In this document: in pieces, positions 20,089 through 30,001 of the stretch
Position numbering within the stretch: position 1 is the first letter of the stretch
How the letters are laid out: every line of letters begins with the position of its first letter
Source: Halorarum halobium
GTDB lineage: Archaea; Halobacteriota; Halobacteria; Halobacteriales; Haloferacaceae
Assembly (NCBI RefSeq): GCF_032116555.1
Contig: NZ_CP134949.1
Span: forward strand, 2,666,001-2,730,000
Direction of reading: 5' to 3'
DNA length: 64,000 bases
Position numbers and translations under genes: made by a program
The notes under the pieces: model-generated
What the model was told of the DNA's origin: nothing
Database searches by the model: none
What the model saw: the letters and a program-made list of their open reading frames with translations, nothing else

Positions 20089-20802
20089 TCAGGGGTCGAG
20101 AAGCTTCGCCTCCGCCTTCCGGAGGTGTTCGAGCAGCGTCGATTTCGAGATGTCGAGTTGGTCCGCGAGTTCGCGGGTCGAGGTCTCGCGGGGCCACTGG
20201 TAGTAGCCGTGCTCGCGCGCGGCCTCCAGCACCTCCCGCTGGCTCCTGGTCAGGGTGTCGAGCCGGCGCGCCCGCTCCCGTTCGCCCCCGACCGTCCCGA
20301 TGCTCGCGATCTCGATCTCCGCGCCCGTCTTCTCACACACGGACTCGATCTGCGTCTCGATCTCGGAGCGCTCGCCGGCGTATCGAACGTCCCAGTACTC
20401 CCAGCCGTCCTCGATCTTGCACGGGGCGCTGTGGACGAAGCCGTGTTCGAGCAGCAGCGGACAGATCATGTCGCTCGGGTCGTGTTCGAGGAAGAACTCC
20501 CGGGAGACCGAGCCGGGCGCGATCCGCCGTCGCCGGGTGTCGAAGCTCGTCTGGAGCTCGGTGAGCGACTCCGTCAGCGGCGACGACTCGATGTCCTGGA
20601 CGAGCCGTTCCACGTCCGCTTCCGTCCCGCCGTAGGCGGTGAACAGCCCGTTCACGGTCGTCGATCCCGCCACCGGCGTGTCGTACACCGCGTGCGCGAG
20701 GATCCCCCCTGGGTGTCGCTCGGTCGCCTGGATGGCCCAGCAGCCCGGGTGCCACAGCTCCAGGGTCAGGCGCGTCCCGGCCACGGCCGTCTCACCGCTC
20801 AT
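20089..20802 (-). CDS. HTH-10 (Bat-like) transcriptional regulator
   Basis: WHPGCW N-terminus; C-terminal LTRSQREVLEAAREHGYYQWPRETSTRELADQLDISKSTLLEHLRKAE. Confidence 0.9.
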   Translation of the reverse strand: MSGETAVAGTRLTLELWHPGCWAIQATERHPGGILAHAVYDTPVAGSTTVNGLFTAYGGTEADVERLVQDIESSPLTESLTELQTSFDTRRRRIAPGSVSREFFLEHDPSDMICPLLLEHGFVHSAPCKIEDGWEYWDVRYAGERSEIETQIESVCEKTGAEIEIASIGTVGGERERARRLDTLTRSQREVLEAAREHGYYQWPRETSTRELADQLDISKSTLLEHLRKAEAKLLDP

Positions 20803-20974
20803 ACTCCTGCTTCGGCGGCACCCTGTATGATGTTGTCCGTTGACACGGACGCGCGAGGCCTGCAGGAAACCTCCGCCGTCGTTCCGTCAGGGCCGGCGGT
20901 TCGCGGCGAACGGGGTCGGTGGGCACCGGCGTCTCCGACGAACCGGGGTCGGGGTCGATGCGCGGTCCCGGGGC

Positions 20975-21718
20975 CTACCGGTAGACGAGCGTCAGGAGCA
21001 TCGCCGTCTCCCCGAGCAGGATCGCGCCGGAGACGACCCCGACGACGACGGGTTCGGGAACGTGCCCGGCGACGAGGAGGGCCGCGCCAACGGGCGAGGG
21101 GAGCGCCGCGAGGAAGAAGATCCCGACCGACAGCGAGGCCATCGCCGGGGAGCGGTACCGGTGGGCGGCCCGGGCGGCCTGGCCCGCGACGAACGTCGAG
21201 AGCGCGACCACGAACGAGAGGCCGACCAGCACGAGCGCGCCGGACCGCCACAGCTCCCCGACGAGGACGGTGGTCGCCGCGAGCGAGACCGCGACCGCGA
21301 CCACGAGGAGGTCGCCGCGGGTCACCCGGTCGCGGAGCCGCCCGTCGCTCGTCCGGGGGTCGCCGTACATCGCCCACAGGACGGCGAGCAGGCCCGCGAC
21401 CTGGACGATCGGCGGCGCCGCGTCGCGGACGACGGGCGGGACGGTCCCGACGACGAAGATGCGGAACGGCAGCGGCGCGACCGTGATCAACACGAGCCCG
21501 ACGACCAGCGAGCGCAGCGCCGGGTCCCGACGGTTCCGGTACCGGGAGACGGCGAGCCCCGCGGTGGCGAGCCCGATCAGGAGCGCCAGCGCGATGGTCG
21601 CAGCGAGGAGCAGGCCGAGCGTCCCCTCGACGAAGACCCGTGGCTGGCCCTGGGCGAGGACGGCGGTCGCTCCCGGGAGCGCGTCGAGCCGTTCGATGGC
21701 GTGTGCGGTGGGCGTCAT
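20975..21718 (-). CDS. Membrane protein with two similar 3-TM units, coupled to the upstream wHTH gene
   Basis: Repeated motifs SRYRNRRDPALRSLVVG and AHRYRSPAMASLSVG; 4-nt overlap with the upstream gene. Confidence 0.7.
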   Translation of the reverse strand: MTPTAHAIERLDALPGATAVLAQGQPRVFVEGTLGLLLAATIALALLIGLATAGLAVSRYRNRRDPALRSLVVGLVLITVAPLPFRIFVVGTVPPVVRDAAPPIVQVAGLLAVLWAMYGDPRTSDGRLRDRVTRGDLLVVAVAVSLAATTVLVGELWRSGALVLVGLSFVVALSTFVAGQAARAAHRYRSPAMASLSVGIFFLAALPSPVGAALLVAGHVPEPVVVGVVSGAILLGETAMLLTLVYR

Positions 21719-22170
21719 CTCGTGAGTCGTTCGTGGAGTCGGTTGAGGCGGTCGACGGCGTCGTCCTCGACCGGCCGGCGGGTCACCGTGATCTCGAAGC
21801 CGTCGCCGTCGAGGTCGATCGTGACGCGGTCGAGCCTGGCGCGGTACGTCTTGAAGTGGTGTCCGTCCGGGTCCAGCTCCTGTCGTTCCGCGACGAGGTC
21901 GAGCTCGACCAGCCGCTGGAGCCGGCGATACACCGTCGTGCGGGAGGCGTCCGTGTCCGCGATGAGCTCCTCGGCCGAGCGCGACACGTCGGCCGTCCCG
22001 ACGAGGATCGACCGGGCGTACGGGTCCTCGAGCACGGCCGCGACGGTGTCGAGGTCCGCACCCTCCTCGACCCGCTCGGGCACCGCCTCCCCGTCGGGCG
22101 CGGAGCCGTCCCCGTCGTGGGGAGACGAGCGGTCGAGATCCCCGTCGTCGGCCATCCCGCTGCCCATCAC
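21715..22170 (-). CDS. ArsR-like winged-helix regulator
   Basis: LEDPYARSIL, SAEELIADTDASRTTVYRRLQRL, DPDGHHFKTY. Confidence 0.85.
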   Translation of the reverse strand: MMGSGMADDGDLDRSSPHDGDGSAPDGEAVPERVEEGADLDTVAAVLEDPYARSILVGTADVSRSAEELIADTDASRTTVYRRLQRLVELDLVAERQELDPDGHHFKTYRARLDRVTIDLDGDGFEITVTRRPVEDDAVDRLNRLHERLTR

Positions 22171-22218
22171 GTCACAGTCCTTTCAGTGTACGTGGTTTCG
22201 AGGGGCGACGCGGCCGGC

Positions 22219-23088
22219 TCACAGGTCCCTCCGGCGGAAGCGCAGGTAGCCCAACAGCGTCGGGACGACCGTCCAGAGCCCGAGGACGACGACGGCGACC
22301 GGCGGCGAGAGGAACGCCGGGACGGCGTCGGTCCCGAGCTGTTCCGCCAGGGGTGCGGTCGCGGCTCCGGGCGGGCGGAGCGAGAAGATCGACGCCGACG
22401 CCCCGACCCCGAGCGTGGCCTCGACGAGGACCTGATACGCCATCGTCGGCGAGAGCCGTTCGAGGAACAGGTACCACGAGGGGACGGTCGCACCAGGGAG
22501 ATCCCCCGCGGCGACGTAGTAGATCCCGGCGACGAGCGGCTGCCAGAACAGCACGAGCAGGAAGTACGCACCCGCCGCCGCCGCCAGCGCCTTGCCGCGG
22601 GTGTCGACCGCGGCCGAGACGCCGACGGCGAACCCGACGAACGCGACGCCCAGCCCGACCGTCGCGAGCGTGAACGCCGCGTAGCGAACCGCCGAGAACC
22701 CGCCGTACAGCGCGACTCCGAGGACGCCGGCGACCGCGAAGGCGACGGCGATCGAGCCGGCGACGACCGCGGTGCGGCCGAGGAGTTTCCCGGCCAGCAC
22801 CGCCGCCCGCGAGACCGGGAAGCCGAGCAGGAGCTTCAGGCTGCCGTCCCGCGACTCGCCGACGACGGCCACGTACCCGACCACGATGGCCGCAAGCGGC
22901 ACCAGCAGCACCGACGGGAGCGTCAGCGCGCCGACCGCCTGGAGGGCGGTCGCGCCGCCGGCGCCGACCACCGCGAGCAGGGAGACGCCGAGGAGCGCGA
23001 ACGCGGTGAACACGGCCGTCAGTGCCCAGACCGTCCGCGACCGGCTCGCGTCGCGGACGTCCTTCCGAGCCAGCGTGGCGACGCTCAC
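22219..23088 (-). CDS. ABC-2/NosY-like exporter permease
   Basis: LARKDVRDA, GESRDGSLKLLLGFPVSRAAVLAGKLLGR, FRRRDL. Confidence 0.9.
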   Translation of the reverse strand: MSVATLARKDVRDASRSRTVWALTAVFTAFALLGVSLLAVVGAGGATALQAVGALTLPSVLLVPLAAIVVGYVAVVGESRDGSLKLLLGFPVSRAAVLAGKLLGRTAVVAGSIAVAFAVAGVLGVALYGGFSAVRYAAFTLATVGLGVAFVGFAVGVSAAVDTRGKALAAAAGAYFLLVLFWQPLVAGIYYVAAGDLPGATVPSWYLFLERLSPTMAYQVLVEATLGVGASASIFSLRPPGAATAPLAEQLGTDAVPAFLSPPVAVVVLGLWTVVPTLLGYLRFRRRDL

Positions 23089-24122
23089 GCGTCCGCCCCC
23101 GTGCGGGCGCGCTCGGCGTCGGAGCGCTCCACGCGCTCGGACCGGTCCGCGTCGTCGGACGGCTCCCCGCGCTCGGACTGCTCGGGACTTCCGGTCGCTC
23201 GTCCCGACCCGTCGGCGTCGATCCCGTCGAGCGACGCGGCGAACAGCTCCTCCAGCGAGGCGCTCTCTGTCCGGAAGTCCGCGACCGTCGCGCCGGCGTC
23301 CCGGACGGCGTCCAGCGTCCGGATCTTCGCCCCGCCGTTCGCGCAGTCGACGACGAGCTGGCCGTCGGCGACCGTCGCCGACCGGACCCCGTCGAGTCCC
23401 GCGAGGACGTCCGGGTCCGGGAGCGGGTCGGCATCGACCCGGAGCGCCGACGCGGTGCCGAGCCGGTCGCGCAGGCCCTCGACGGTGTCGACCGCGACGA
23501 GCGAGCCGGCGTGGAGGATTCCGACCCGGTCACAGACCGCCTCGACCTGATCGAGGTCGTGACTGGAGAAGAACACCGTCGCGCCCCGCGCCACCTCCTC
23601 GCGGACGATCTCCCTGAGCCGCCGGACGCCGGTCGGATCCAGCCCTGATGAGGGCTCGTCGAACAGCAGGAGGTCGGGCGACCCGACGAGCGCCATGCCG
23701 AGCGCGAGCCGCTGGCACATCCCCTTCGAGTACCCGCCGACCCGACGGTCGGCCGCGTCCGCGACCCCAACCCGCTCCAGGATCGCGTCCGGGTCGTCGC
23801 TCGCGTCCGCGAGTTCGATCGCCAGGTCGACGTGCTCGCGGCCGGTCAACCGGTCGTACAGCCCGTAGCCGTCCGAGAGGACGCCGACGCGCTCGCGGAC
23901 CGCCGTGGGTTCCCTGACGACGTCGTGTCCGAGCACGGTCACGGATCCGGCGGTCGGGCGGACGTGGTTCAACAGCACGTCGATCGTGGTCGACTTCCCC
24001 GCGCCGTTGGGCCCGAGGAAGCCGAACACCTCGTTCTCGCGGACGGTCAGCGTCAGGTCGTCGACGGCGGCGACGTCGCCGTACTCCTTGCGCACCGACT
24101 CGATGGAGATCGCGTGGTCCAT
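23085..24122 (-). CDS. ABC exporter ATP-binding protein
   Basis: ATG 24122; GPNGAGKST, YSKGMCQRL, DEPSSGLDP, SSHDL. Confidence 0.92.
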   Translation of the reverse strand: MDHAISIESVRKEYGDVAAVDDLTLTVRENEVFGFLGPNGAGKSTTIDVLLNHVRPTAGSVTVLGHDVVREPTAVRERVGVLSDGYGLYDRLTGREHVDLAIELADASDDPDAILERVGVADAADRRVGGYSKGMCQRLALGMALVGSPDLLLFDEPSSGLDPTGVRRLREIVREEVARGATVFFSSHDLDQVEAVCDRVGILHAGSLVAVDTVEGLRDRLGTASALRVDADPLPDPDVLAGLDGVRSATVADGQLVVDCANGGAKIRTLDAVRDAGATVADFRTESASLEELFAASLDGIDADGSGRATGSPEQSERGEPSDDADRSERVERSDAERARTGADA

Positions 24123-24507
24123 GTGCGGACTGACGGCCGGGCAGTGAATCAAAGGGGAACGCCGTTCACAGCCGCGTGCACTGGAGGAAACGTATTTATA
24201 CGACGATCCGATTCGGACGGGCTCCGCCACTCCTGGTACCCGCCCTCCTCCACTGACGAGACGCGTTTCTCCGGGTTCAGACCCGACCGTGCTCCGGACC
24301 GGGCCCGTCGACCTCGGACCAGGCTGGGAGGTCAACCACTGGTCGGGCAGCGACGTCGTTCGTCACCGACGGCCCGACGGGGCTACCGGAGAACCTGAGC
24401 GGGATGGGTGCCAAGGCGGCAGTGGTCCTGTCACGGACCGTGAGCGTGGCTCCGAGGACCGAGGCGACCACACTTATGCCGGCGCCGTCGAAAGCCACGG
24501 TCCTGAA

Positions 24508-26922
24508 ATGACGACAGCGGACTCCGAGCCGACGGTTCGGGTCCTCCACGTCGATGACGACCCGGATCTGGCCGGGCTGGTCGCAACGTGGTTGGAGCGC
24601 GAGGACGAAGCCATCAGCGTCACCACGGAGACGACACCCGCGAGGGCGCTAGAGACGCTGGACGACCGGCCGGTCGACTGCGTCGTCAGCGACTACGATA
24701 TGCCGGGGATGGACGGGCTGGCGCTGCTCGACGCGGTCAGGCGGGAGCACGGGGATCTGCCGTTCATCCTCTTCACGGGGAAGGGAAGCGAGGAAGTGGC
24801 GATCGAGGCCATCTCGCGGGACGTCACCGACTACCTCCAGAAGGAGGGCGGGACCGACCAGTACGCGGTGCTGGCGAACCGGATCCGCAACGTCGTCGCC
24901 GGAGACCGGTCACGCCGAGCGCTCGAACGGGCCGATCGACGGTTCGAGGCCGTCTTCAACGACCCGAACATCCTGGTCGGCCTGCTCGACACGGACGGCA
25001 CCGTCCTCGACGTCAACGGGACGGCGATGGAGTACGTCGACGACGACCTCGACGCCGTCGTCGGCGAGCGGTTCTGGGAGACGCCCTGGTGGACGGACGA
25101 CGACGAGGTCCGGGCCACCGTCCGGTCGTGGGTCGAGCGAGCCGCCGACGGCGAGTACGTCGAGTTCGAGACGGAGCTCGCGAGCCCCGACGAGCGCCGG
25201 TACGCCGTCAAGGGCGTGTTCAGACCGGTCACGAACGCGGCGGGCGAGGTGGTTTCGATCGTCGTCTCTGACCGCGACGTCACCGAGCGCGTGGAGCGCG
25301 AGCGGAAGCTCGAACGGCTCCGGGACCGCACGCAGACGCTCGCGTACACCGGATCGAAACGGGAGGCCGCCAGGGTCGCAATCGACGCCGCCGACGACAC
25401 CATCGACGCGCCGCTGAGCGGCGTCCACCTCCTGAACGAGGACCGGGACGCGCTCGAACCGGTGGAGGTCGTCGACGGGGTCGACGAGGCGTTCGACTCG
25501 CCCCCGCGCTACGAGCGGGGGGCGGCAGCCGACTCCCGCGCGGGGCTCGTCTGGCAGGCGTTCGAGAGCGGCGACACGCTCCGCATCGACGACACGGAGG
25601 CGTACGACGGGCTGTCGGAGTCGACGCCGACGCGGAGCGTCCTCGTCCACAAGCTGGGCGACCACGGGACGTTCATCGTCTCCTCGGGCGAGCCACGCGC
25701 GTTCGACGAGACCGACGAGATGCTCGTCGAGGTGCTCTCGACGACGCTCACGGTCGCGATGGATCGGCTCGATCGGGAAGACCGCCTCCGCGAGCGCGAG
25801 CGACGGGTCGAGCGCCTCCACGACGCCACCAGGGACCTGATGGAGGCGCGGACCAGACGCGACATCGCCGACCGGGCCGTCGCGGCCGCCGAGGAGATTC
25901 TCGGCTTTTCGCTGGTGATGGTCCGGTTCTACGACGAGGACGAGAACGGTCTGGTGCCGGTCGCGACGTCCGAGTCCGTCGCGGACGTCCTCGGGGATCG
26001 CCCGGTGTTCACGCCCGAGGGCGGGAGCCGCAACTGGGCCGCGTACGACGCCGGCGAGCCGACGGTCATCGACGACGTCGGCGCGTCCGAACGGACCCTC
26101 GACTCCGGGACCGACCTCGGAAGCCTGCTGATCCTCTCGCTCGGCGAGCACGGAACCCTCTCTGCGGGCGATACGGAGACGGGAGCGTTCGACGAGTCCG
26201 ACGTCTACCTCGCGCGCATCCTGGCGACCGCGACCGAGTCGGCGCTCGACCGGGCAGAGCGCGAGGAGGCGCTGTTGGGCCAGCGCGACGAACTCGAACG
26301 CCGGAACGAACGGCTCGACGAGTTCAACAGCATCCTCTCACACGACCTCCGGAACCCGCTGAACGTCGCAACCGGGCGGCTCGAACTGCTGTCCGAAGAG
26401 TGCGACAGCGAACACGTCCCCGACATCGAGCGCGCACACGAGCGGATGCGGGCGCTCATCGACGACCTGCTGACGCTCGCCCGGGAGGGCGACGCCGGCA
26501 CCGACCTGGAGGCGGTTCCGCTGCCCGGCCTCGTGAGAGACTGCTGGGAGGCAGTCCGGACCGAGCGTACCGAACTCGTCGTCGAGACCGACCGGTCGAT
26601 CCGGGCTGACCGTGGCAGGCTCAGGCAACTGCTGGAGAACCTGCTGCGGAACGCAGTCGAGCACGGCGGGTCGGACGTGACGGTCACCGTGGGCGCGCTC
26701 GAGGACGGGGACGGCTTCTACCTCGAGGACGACGGGCCGGGCATCGACCCCGGGCAGCGGGATCACGTGTTCGAGAGCGGCTACTCGACCGCACGCGACG
26801 GGACGGGCTACGGGCTGTCGATCGTGAGCCGGACCGCCGAGGCCCACGGCTGGGCCGTCACCGTGACGGAGGGAACGAGGGGCGGCGCGCGGTTCGAGGT
26901 GCGCGGCGTGGAGTTCGCCTAG
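24508..26922 (+). CDS. Hybrid sensor histidine kinase (REC-PAS-GAF-GAF-HisKA-HATPase)
   Basis: VLHVDDD, SDYDMPGMDG, FTGKG; SHDLRNPL H-box; NLLRNAVEH, DDGPG, GTGYGL. Confidence 0.93.
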   Translation: MTTADSEPTVRVLHVDDDPDLAGLVATWLEREDEAISVTTETTPARALETLDDRPVDCVVSDYDMPGMDGLALLDAVRREHGDLPFILFTGKGSEEVAIEAISRDVTDYLQKEGGTDQYAVLANRIRNVVAGDRSRRALERADRRFEAVFNDPNILVGLLDTDGTVLDVNGTAMEYVDDDLDAVVGERFWETPWWTDDDEVRATVRSWVERAADGEYVEFETELASPDERRYAVKGVFRPVTNAAGEVVSIVVSDRDVTERVERERKLERLRDRTQTLAYTGSKREAARVAIDAADDTIDAPLSGVHLLNEDRDALEPVEVVDGVDEAFDSPPRYERGAAADSRAGLVWQAFESGDTLRIDDTEAYDGLSESTPTRSVLVHKLGDHGTFIVSSGEPRAFDETDEMLVEVLSTTLTVAMDRLDREDRLRERERRVERLHDATRDLMEARTRRDIADRAVAAAEEILGFSLVMVRFYDEDENGLVPVATSESVADVLGDRPVFTPEGGSRNWAAYDAGEPTVIDDVGASERTLDSGTDLGSLLILSLGEHGTLSAGDTETGAFDESDVYLARILATATESALDRAEREEALLGQRDELERRNERLDEFNSILSHDLRNPLNVATGRLELLSEECDSEHVPDIERAHERMRALIDDLLTLAREGDAGTDLEAVPLPGLVRDCWEAVRTERTELVVETDRSIRADRGRLRQLLENLLRNAVEHGGSDVTVTVGALEDGDGFYLEDDGPGIDPGQRDHVFESGYSTARDGTGYGLSIVSRTAEAHGWAVTVTEGTRGGARFEVRGVEFA

Positions 26923-27050
26923 CAGGTCGACGGCGTGGCGGCTCGTCCCCGTCGCGGTCCACTTCGAGGATTCCTGCGATCCGGGCTGGCAGACACAGCC
27001 GAGTGTGCAAGGTTCGAGCCCATGAGTTGAACCTGACTCGTCCGGCGGCG

Positions 27051-27332
27051 TCAGTTGTCCTCAAGATAGAGTGAATACAGGACGATTGCCAAGCCAATCG
27101 CAACGAGGACGCTATTGATCAGGATTCCCGCCTCAAACGACACAGAGAGGATTTGATGGGCAATCCCAGCGAGGAGCACACCAAAGGTGATAACACCGAA
27201 TCCGATTCCGAGAACCCGGAGCGACGAAGCCCCCGTTCGTCGATATGCCCTGAAAGCGATATACGTGATTCCACTCCCCAGCAGCAATATCACCGTCTTC
27301 ACGACGACGATGGCTGTTTCCACCCAGATCAT
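27051..27332 (-). CDS. Small 3-TM membrane protein coupled to a wHTH gene
   Basis: MIWVETAIVVVK...AFRAYRRTGASSLRVLGIGFG; start overlaps the stop of the upstream wHTH gene. Confidence 0.75.
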   Translation of the reverse strand: MIWVETAIVVVKTVILLLGSGITYIAFRAYRRTGASSLRVLGIGFGVITFGVLLAGIAHQILSVSFEAGILINSVLVAIGLAIVLYSLYLEDN

Positions 27333-27706
27333 AGTTCGTCTCCCATCTTCGACCAAATCTCAGCAAGCCGTTCGTCGACATTCCGTGGCGGCCGCTCGAC
27401 CGTCACCGAGAAGTCATCATCCTCATCCATGGTGAGTATCACGTCGTCGAAGTCACGTCTGTACGTCGTGGTTCGACCGCCCCCGGGGTTTATGCTGTCC
27501 TGCTCACGGACGAGTGATGCGTCGCTGAGGAGTTCGAGCTTCCGGTACAACGTTGATCGAGGGATGTCACACGCATCGATGAGTTCGGTTGCGGTCATAG
27601 GTTCTGCTGTTTCACCGAGGATGGCCCGACAGTCAGCGTCGTCCAGCGCATTGAGGACAGTTTGCAGCGATGGCGAGTCCTCAGATGACGCTGGATCGCG
27701 CACCAT
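27329..27706 (-). CDS. ArsR-like winged-helix regulator
   Basis: LDDADCRAIL, TATELIDACDIPRSTLYRKLELL; paralogous to 21715-22170. Confidence 0.85.
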   Translation of the reverse strand: MVRDPASSEDSPSLQTVLNALDDADCRAILGETAEPMTATELIDACDIPRSTLYRKLELLSDASLVREQDSINPGGGRTTTYRRDFDDVILTMDEDDDFSVTVERPPRNVDERLAEIWSKMGDEL

Positions 27707-27799
27707 TGGTGGGAGTTGGCGGGTATTCGAGATATGCTATTTGATTACGACCTGTTGCACCACGGGTGAGGGCAAGGTAGGAACGATCGTATTCCAGGG

Positions 27800-28090
27800 T
27801 CACGAATCGGATCCCTCCCGTATTCGTCGAATTCCATCCCCTGTAATTTCATAGATTCCTCGGCCGACTGGGTGAATCTGTCCGTGCTCATGGAGTCGTG
27901 CACACGTTTGGTCTACTGTAATTGGGTGACGATCTGCTGTCCTGGCGATTTCCATGACGTATTGTGGCGACTCAGCGAGGAGTATTTCGAGGACTTCCCG
28001 GTCAGTTTCACGTCCGAGACCACTCATCACATCCCTCGTTGGGACAGCAGTCGAAGACCCGTTCCGCAGTGATGTTGCGGGGTCATTCAT
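27800..28090 (-). CDS. Small winged-helix protein
   Basis: DREVLEILLAESPQYVMEIA...GIYEITGDG; 1-nt overlap with the tfb stop. Confidence 0.6.
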   Translation of the reverse strand: MNDPATSLRNGSSTAVPTRDVMSGLGRETDREVLEILLAESPQYVMEIARTADRHPITVDQTCARLHEHGQIHPVGRGIYEITGDGIRRIREGSDS

Positions 28091-29064
28091 TACAAATCGC
28101 CATCCTCCGCAGCGTAGACCTCAAGCAGCTCCTGATAGCGGTTCCGAATGGTTACTGTACTGATGTGGGCTGCATTACTCACCGTCTCCTGTGTCAGTTG
28201 CTCGTTCGTGAGATGGGTTGCCGCATATAGTGCGGCCGCTGCGAGACCAGCAGGGCTCTTCCCGCTATGGACACTCTGTTCCTTCGCAGTAGTGAGGAGG
28301 TCGTGAGCTTGACGCGTTGCCTCGTCACTCACGTTCAGCGTTGAGGCGAACTGAGGTACGTATTCTAGCGGATCAGCAGGTTCGATCTGTAAGCCCAGCT
28401 CCCGGGAGAGATACCGATATGCGCGCTGGATGCGAATTTTCTCTACGCGGCTGACTTCAGCGAATTCGGAAACCGGCCGTGGAGTCGTGTGTTGTCTGGC
28501 CGCAGCGTACAGCGCAGCTGTCGCCATCCCCTCGATGGACCGACCTGGAAGAAGAGCTTGTTCGACTGCCCGACGATAAATCGCCCCTGCAGTTTCACAG
28601 ACTGGTTCCGGCACATCGAGGGCTGATGCCATCCGAGTAATCTCACCGAGTGCGTGCTTGAGATTCCGCTCCTGGGAGTCTTTCGTCCGGAACCGTTCAT
28701 CCCAGATACGAAGTCGGTGCAGACGGGCTCGCTTTCGGCCGGACACCGAGTGTCCATATGCATCCTTGTTTTGCCAGCCGATCGTCGTACTCAGCCCCTT
28801 GTCGTGCATGAGTTGTGTCATGGGGGCTCCGACGCGGCTTTTTTCCGCTTTTTCGTCGCCATGGAACGCACGCCACTCCGGTCCTCGGTCTATGGATGCG
28901 TCCTCGAGAACCAATCCACACTCCTCACAGGTCGTCTCACCGTGTTCGCCGTCGTAAATGACGTCTCCATCACATTCCGGGCACGATGAACGTGGCTGGG
29001 ACTCGGTGACTGAGTTCTGCTCACCTGTGCTGCCGTCTTCGGTATTGAGTTGTATTTTGGTCAT
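28090..29064 (-). CDS. tfb: Transcription initiation factor IIB paralogue
   Basis: CPEC..CEECG Zn ribbon, IDRGPEWRAF, RVGAP, HDKGLSTTIG, GRSIEG, GKSPAGLAAA, TIRNRYQEL. Confidence 0.95.
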   Translation of the reverse strand: MTKIQLNTEDGSTGEQNSVTESQPRSSCPECDGDVIYDGEHGETTCEECGLVLEDASIDRGPEWRAFHGDEKAEKSRVGAPMTQLMHDKGLSTTIGWQNKDAYGHSVSGRKRARLHRLRIWDERFRTKDSQERNLKHALGEITRMASALDVPEPVCETAGAIYRRAVEQALLPGRSIEGMATAALYAAARQHTTPRPVSEFAEVSRVEKIRIQRAYRYLSRELGLQIEPADPLEYVPQFASTLNVSDEATRQAHDLLTTAKEQSVHSGKSPAGLAAAALYAATHLTNEQLTQETVSNAAHISTVTIRNRYQELLEVYAAEDGDL

Positions 29065-29266
29065 GAGTGTGGGTCACGGGTGCATTCTTCGTTCACCCCG
29101 ACTGGGTGTCTCTAGCAAGGCTCAGAGGCGACACCCGAAGAGTTCGCCGCGGAATCCCATACTTTGAGAATTCGCCAACCTGGTTTACCACGGCTAAACG
29201 AAGATGAGTAGCCCGAAACGCGCCAATGACTTCAGAGAGCAACTGTTGGCAGAGTGGGTACCGTGA

Positions 29267-29803
29267 TTATCCAGAAAAGTCGCTATAGGAAACTGCTCCC
29301 TGGTCGACGATCGTCTGGCTCTCGGGGACGTCTCCGTCCGGCGGCATGCTCCCGTCAGCCGGGCCGCCGGGTTCACCGGCGACGATGCGGCCGACCATTT
29401 CGAGACCCTTGTGTGGGGTACAATAGTAGTCGTAGGTTCCTGGCGACTCAAATGTCTGTTCGAAGGTCGCGCCCTGTTCAGTGAGGATCCCACTGTCGAA
29501 AGGCTCTGCCCCATCGGGAATGCGCGTGACTGAGGCCTGTCCATTCTCACTGTATGCAGTCGCAGAGTGGCTGCCGCTATCGATCTCGAACGTAACGGTT
29601 TCGCCAGGTTCGACGAAGAGCCCGATCGGATCGAAGTAGTAGTCGCTTCCCTCCGTGACCATCAGAACCGTGTTCGTGCTCCCGTTCGAGGGGGTATCCG
29701 TCAGGTCACTTACGTCAGGATTTGAGCCGCTACAGCCGGCGAGCCCCATGAGACCAGTGGTTGCTGCAACTCCACCTGCTTTCAGGACCTGTCGACGTTC
29801 CAT
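29267..29803 (-). CDS. Halocyanin/plastocyanin-type blue copper lipoprotein
   Basis: Tat signal ERRQVLK with LAGC lipobox; Cu ligands H (GSHSA) and YYCTPHKGLEM. Confidence 0.9.
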   Translation of the reverse strand: MERRQVLKAGGVAATTGLMGLAGCSGSNPDVSDLTDTPSNGSTNTVLMVTEGSDYYFDPIGLFVEPGETVTFEIDSGSHSATAYSENGQASVTRIPDGAEPFDSGILTEQGATFEQTFESPGTYDYYCTPHKGLEMVGRIVAGEPGGPADGSMPPDGDVPESQTIVDQGAVSYSDFSG

Positions 29804-30001
29804 ACCTGACCATCAGAACGCCAATAATAGACCACTTTGGCGGAATCCCAAGCGCTGGGATTCCGCTGTCCATTTACTGTGACAGCACTTGGAATTGTGT
29901 CCATGGTACTTGAGTAACCATAGTGGAGCGCCCGCAATCAACCTCTCGCGGGAAACCGTACGAACCGCCTGTACTGTAGCGTTCTCGTTACATGCCGCGG
30001 A

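Noticed and set aside
232..23770. Long antisense or alternative-frame ORFs (e.g. 232-1509+, 4291-5883+, 6346-8073-, 9837-11327+, 18061-19815+, 21640-23550+, and the 5' extension of 11166-14261-)
   Set aside because: They are Arg/Pro/Gly-rich shadows of real genes in very high-GC DNA, with no motifs and unlike the acidic proteome
27006..27025. tRNA T-loop-like sequence GGTTCGAGCCC at the island boundary (possible att remnant)
   Set aside because: The T-stem is imperfect and I could not fold an acceptor stem or cloverleaf; needs tRNAscan-SE and the other island end
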